From positions 1,440,001-1,472,000 of the forward strand of contig NC_022093.1 of the NCBI RefSeq assembly GCF_000446015.1: DNA of 32,000 nt, in the 5' to 3' direction. The translations under genes were made by a program, and so were the position numbers. This stretch comes from Thermofilum adornatum (GTDB lineage Archaea; Thermoproteota; Thermoprotei; Thermofilales; Thermofilaceae). Shown here one piece after another: positions 29,750-32,000 of the stretch (the first letter of the stretch is position 1; each line of letters starts with the position of its first letter). The notes under the pieces are model-generated. The model ran no database searches. It was not told the DNA's origin and saw only the letters and a list, made by a program, of their open reading frames with translations.

Positions 29750-30531
29750 TGTCTGTCGCGTTGACGCTGGTCTCATTCACGTTGAGCTGGGCGGCGATAC
29801 TCCTGGTCTCAGATCTTAAGCCCACCATAGTCAAGGGGGCTTCGGGGAAGACCTTCTACGATGTTTCTCCGTTTAACTTTTACATGGTGATTATATCGCT
29901 TGCATTTTTGCTTTTATCGATTAGGGCTCGGAGAAAACTAGTAACAACACTAATATTAGTGCCGCAAAGGAGCCAGCCCGTTGTTCTACCGCCCCAGAAA
30001 TCCACTGGGGCAAGCTACCAGCAGATAAAAGAGAAAAAAGAGATAAAGGATTCCGGGCTTCTGCTTACAAGTTTTACGGGCTTGGCTCTTTACTTGGTCT
30101 TGCTCTTCGTGATTCCAGCAAGCCTCGACCAGCTGGGCTACAATCTTGCTTTCCTAGTGTGGCTCCTGGTCACGTTTTACTTCGTCAAGCGGTACAGGGA
30201 GGCCCCTATGAGCTATCTTGTCACCATGATGAGTAACCTCCTAAGCTTTTATTGTCCAAGGTGTCAGAAGAAAATCGAGCCTTTCGAGAAGAGCGGCTCG
30301 CTTCTGGAGCACTTCATAAATGGTAGGCTCTCGCTTAAAGGGGCACAGGAAAGGGTCATAGTGGCCCACTACAGGCATGTCCACACAGAATACGAGAAGG
30401 AGATAAGGGACTTACAGAAGGTCAGGAGCCCGCTTCTCAACAAAGAGCAGAGAAGGGAGGAGCTCAAGAGGGAGTACTCTGAGAAGGCTCGCTTTCTCGC
30501 CGAAAAGGACGGCCTACTCAAGGAAAAGTGA
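29746..30531 (+). CDS. Hypothetical membrane protein with cytoplasmic Cys/His-containing, charged C-terminal domain
   Basis: A 261-aa ORF with about 4 TM segments. These are followed by YCPRCQKKIEP...LEHF...AHYRHVH and a Lys/Glu-rich helical tail. Confidence 0.55.
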   Translation: MMSVALTLVSFTLSWAAILLVSDLKPTIVKGASGKTFYDVSPFNFYMVIISLAFLLLSIRARRKLVTTLILVPQRSQPVVLPPQKSTGASYQQIKEKKEIKDSGLLLTSFTGLALYLVLLFVIPASLDQLGYNLAFLVWLLVTFYFVKRYREAPMSYLVTMMSNLLSFYCPRCQKKIEPFEKSGSLLEHFINGRLSLKGAQERVIVAHYRHVHTEYEKEIRDLQKVRSPLLNKEQRREELKREYSEKARFLAEKDGLLKEK

Positions 30532-30637
30532 AAAATTCTAGCTGTAAATATTTCTGGATTCATACAAAAGTATTTGTAAGAAATGTAAAGTTTTCTTCGA
30601 ATAGACGGAAATTCTCTTAAAGAATAGTATTCCTTGG

Positions 30638-31717
30638 ATGCTTATGTCGATAAGGGTGCTCACAGCTCGGGACATTGCAGAGCTTGTACGCCAAGTAGGA
30701 ATAGACAAGTTCATGGATGGTCTAATTGAAAGCCTAGAAACCACATTTAAGAAATGGAAACAGCTAAAGGTGACCCCAAGGGTAAGCTTCCACTATAGGC
30801 AAGGCGTCGTAGAAGCAATGCCAGCCTCAGACGACAAATGGTACACAGTCAAAATAGTAAACGGTCACCCCCTAAACCCCTCCAGGGGCCTCCAGACAGT
30901 CGTAGCCGTAGCAGTGCTAGTAGACGTTGAAACCGGCTACCCCCTGATGTTTATGGATGCAACCCTGCTAACGTCTCTCCGTACAGGTGCAGCCTCGGCA
31001 CTCGCCACCAAGTACCTTGCAAGGGAAGACTCTGAGACCCTGGGAGTCATCGGCAACGGGGCGCAGTCAGAGTTCCTGGCCTACGCGATTACACGTGTCG
31101 CCAACAAGCTCGACAGGATACTCGCCTTCGACATCGACAGGAAGGCCACCGAAAAGTTCACGAGAAACATGTCCCACCTAGGCTACACGGTCGAAAGCGT
31201 TGACAGCCCACGAGAATTAGCCTTGAACTCAGACATCATAGTAACAGCCACAGCTTCGCCCGGGAGAAACAGAGTCATCGAGAAGTCCTGGGTCGAGCCT
31301 GGAACCCACATCAATGCTGTAGGCGGAGACGCCCCTGGAAAGACAGAGCTTGACCCAGAGCTTGTACGCTCCTCAAAACTCGTAGTGGAGCTTCTAGACC
31401 AGGCGTTAGTAGAGGGAGAGGCCCAAAACGTTGGTAGAGAACATGTCTACGCGGAGCTGTGGGAAGTAGTAGCTGGAATCAAGCCCGGCAGGACAAGCCC
31501 ACAGGAGGTAACAATATTTGACTCTGTGGGAATAGCTATAGAGGATCTCGCGGCCATAACCTATGTATATTCACTGGCTAAAGGCGACGATATCGGGACA
31601 ACGATAAAGATTCTGCCTGAGACAAGTAACCCTAAAGACCTGTTCTCGCTTATAGCCAAACCTCTACAAGGAAGAGAAAAAGGCTTCTTGAAGAACATAA
31701 AATTATACGAGAATTAG
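30638..31717 (+). CDS. Ornithine cyclodeaminase / mu-crystallin family protein (archaeal alanine dehydrogenase-like)
   Basis: TLLTSLRTGAASALATKYLAR, the Rossmann segment LGVIGNGAQSEF, INAVGGDAPGKTELD and TIFDSVGIAIEDL are family-typical. Confidence 0.85.
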   Translation: MLMSIRVLTARDIAELVRQVGIDKFMDGLIESLETTFKKWKQLKVTPRVSFHYRQGVVEAMPASDDKWYTVKIVNGHPLNPSRGLQTVVAVAVLVDVETGYPLMFMDATLLTSLRTGAASALATKYLAREDSETLGVIGNGAQSEFLAYAITRVANKLDRILAFDIDRKATEKFTRNMSHLGYTVESVDSPRELALNSDIIVTATASPGRNRVIEKSWVEPGTHINAVGGDAPGKTELDPELVRSSKLVVELLDQALVEGEAQNVGREHVYAELWEVVAGIKPGRTSPQEVTIFDSVGIAIEDLAAITYVYSLAKGDDIGTTIKILPETSNPKDLFSLIAKPLQGREKGFLKNIKLYEN

Positions 31718-31740
31718 CGAAGAGAGGGGCTAGTGTATTG

Positions 31741-32000
31741 TTATGGGTCTATATTCTTCGCTTTGCTGGACTCAAGAAGTTTCGCGGCGGCCTCTCTTAG
31801 TGTCTGGATTATGTCTTCCAAGTTGTCATAGATGATTTCTGCATCTATATCGGCGTACATGTGAACAATGATGTTTCTTAGCCCAACAATTTCCTGCAAC
31901 TTTTTTCGAGATTTTCATCTATTATACCTTCCTCTCGTACTTTTCTAATGATTTCCCTGTAGGTGTCAGGTACTTCTACTTTTAGCTTGGACAAAATGTA
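31741..32000 (-). pseudogene. DUF86/HEPN (HepT-type) toxin gene, frameshifted and cut by the window edge
   Basis: The minus strand reads ..YILSKLKVEVPDTYREIIRKVREEGIIDENLEK in one frame and KKLQEIVGLRNIIVHMYADIDAEIIYDNLEDIIQTLREAAAKLLESSKAKNIDP* in another. GLRNIIVHMY is the canonical R-N-x3-H-x-Y motif. The frames switch in the T6 run at 31901-31906. Confidence 0.65.

Noticed and set aside
1-32000. I looked for CRISPR arrays, rRNA genes, IS elements/transposases, integrases and long (>20 bp) direct or terminal inverted repeats.
   Set aside because: None was seen by eye. The repeats present are diverged protein-coding paralogs (PaREP1, protease, small antitoxin), not mobile-element termini. 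A computational repeat search could still find elements I missed.

Overview
This looks like an archaeal chromosome segment, most likely from a hyperthermophilic Thermoproteota/Crenarchaeota. The signs are PaREP1-family genes, many GTG/TTG starts, TATA-like boxes about 25-27 nt upstream of start codons (leaderless style), an Mrp/MinD-type HypB next to HypA, and sequon-rich secreted proteins. No species can be assigned from the sequence alone. The window has four blocks. (1) 1-4.4 kb is a partly decayed sugar-nucleotide/surface-glycan cluster: a SAM methyltransferase, a truncated WecC-like dehydrogenase, an intact WecB 2-epimerase, a remnant of a second epimerase, a TIGR04076-like protein, a C-terminal fragment of an NAD epimerase/dehydratase, and a frameshifted methyltransferase. 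(2) 4.4-19.3 kb is an accessory island with eight PaREP1-family paralogs plus one remnant. These are interleaved with toxin-antitoxin modules: intact VapBC, HicAB and DUF4258/DUF2283; solo AbrB and RHH antitoxins; an orphan MNT; and decayed RelE-like and DUF86-like toxins. The island also holds a retropepsin-like protease and a pseudogene copy of it, a DUF4143-type AAA ATPase, and an uncharacterised locus ending in a single-chain HEPN(DUF86)-MNT fusion. (3) 19.4-27.4 kb is an exopolysaccharide/glycosylation cluster: a membrane-embedded processive GT2 with QRRRW, a large secreted glycosidase-like protein, a multi-pass GT-C-like membrane protein, a second GT2, a GT4, and an unassigned ORF with a DxD-like signature. 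(4) 27.4-32 kb holds a hypA / Mrp-type hypB / NifX-like operon, two membrane proteins, an ornithine cyclodeaminase-family gene, and a frameshifted DUF86 gene cut by the window edge. I recognised no rRNA, tRNA, CRISPR array, integrase or transposase. All family assignments come from motif recognition by eye; no database search was run.
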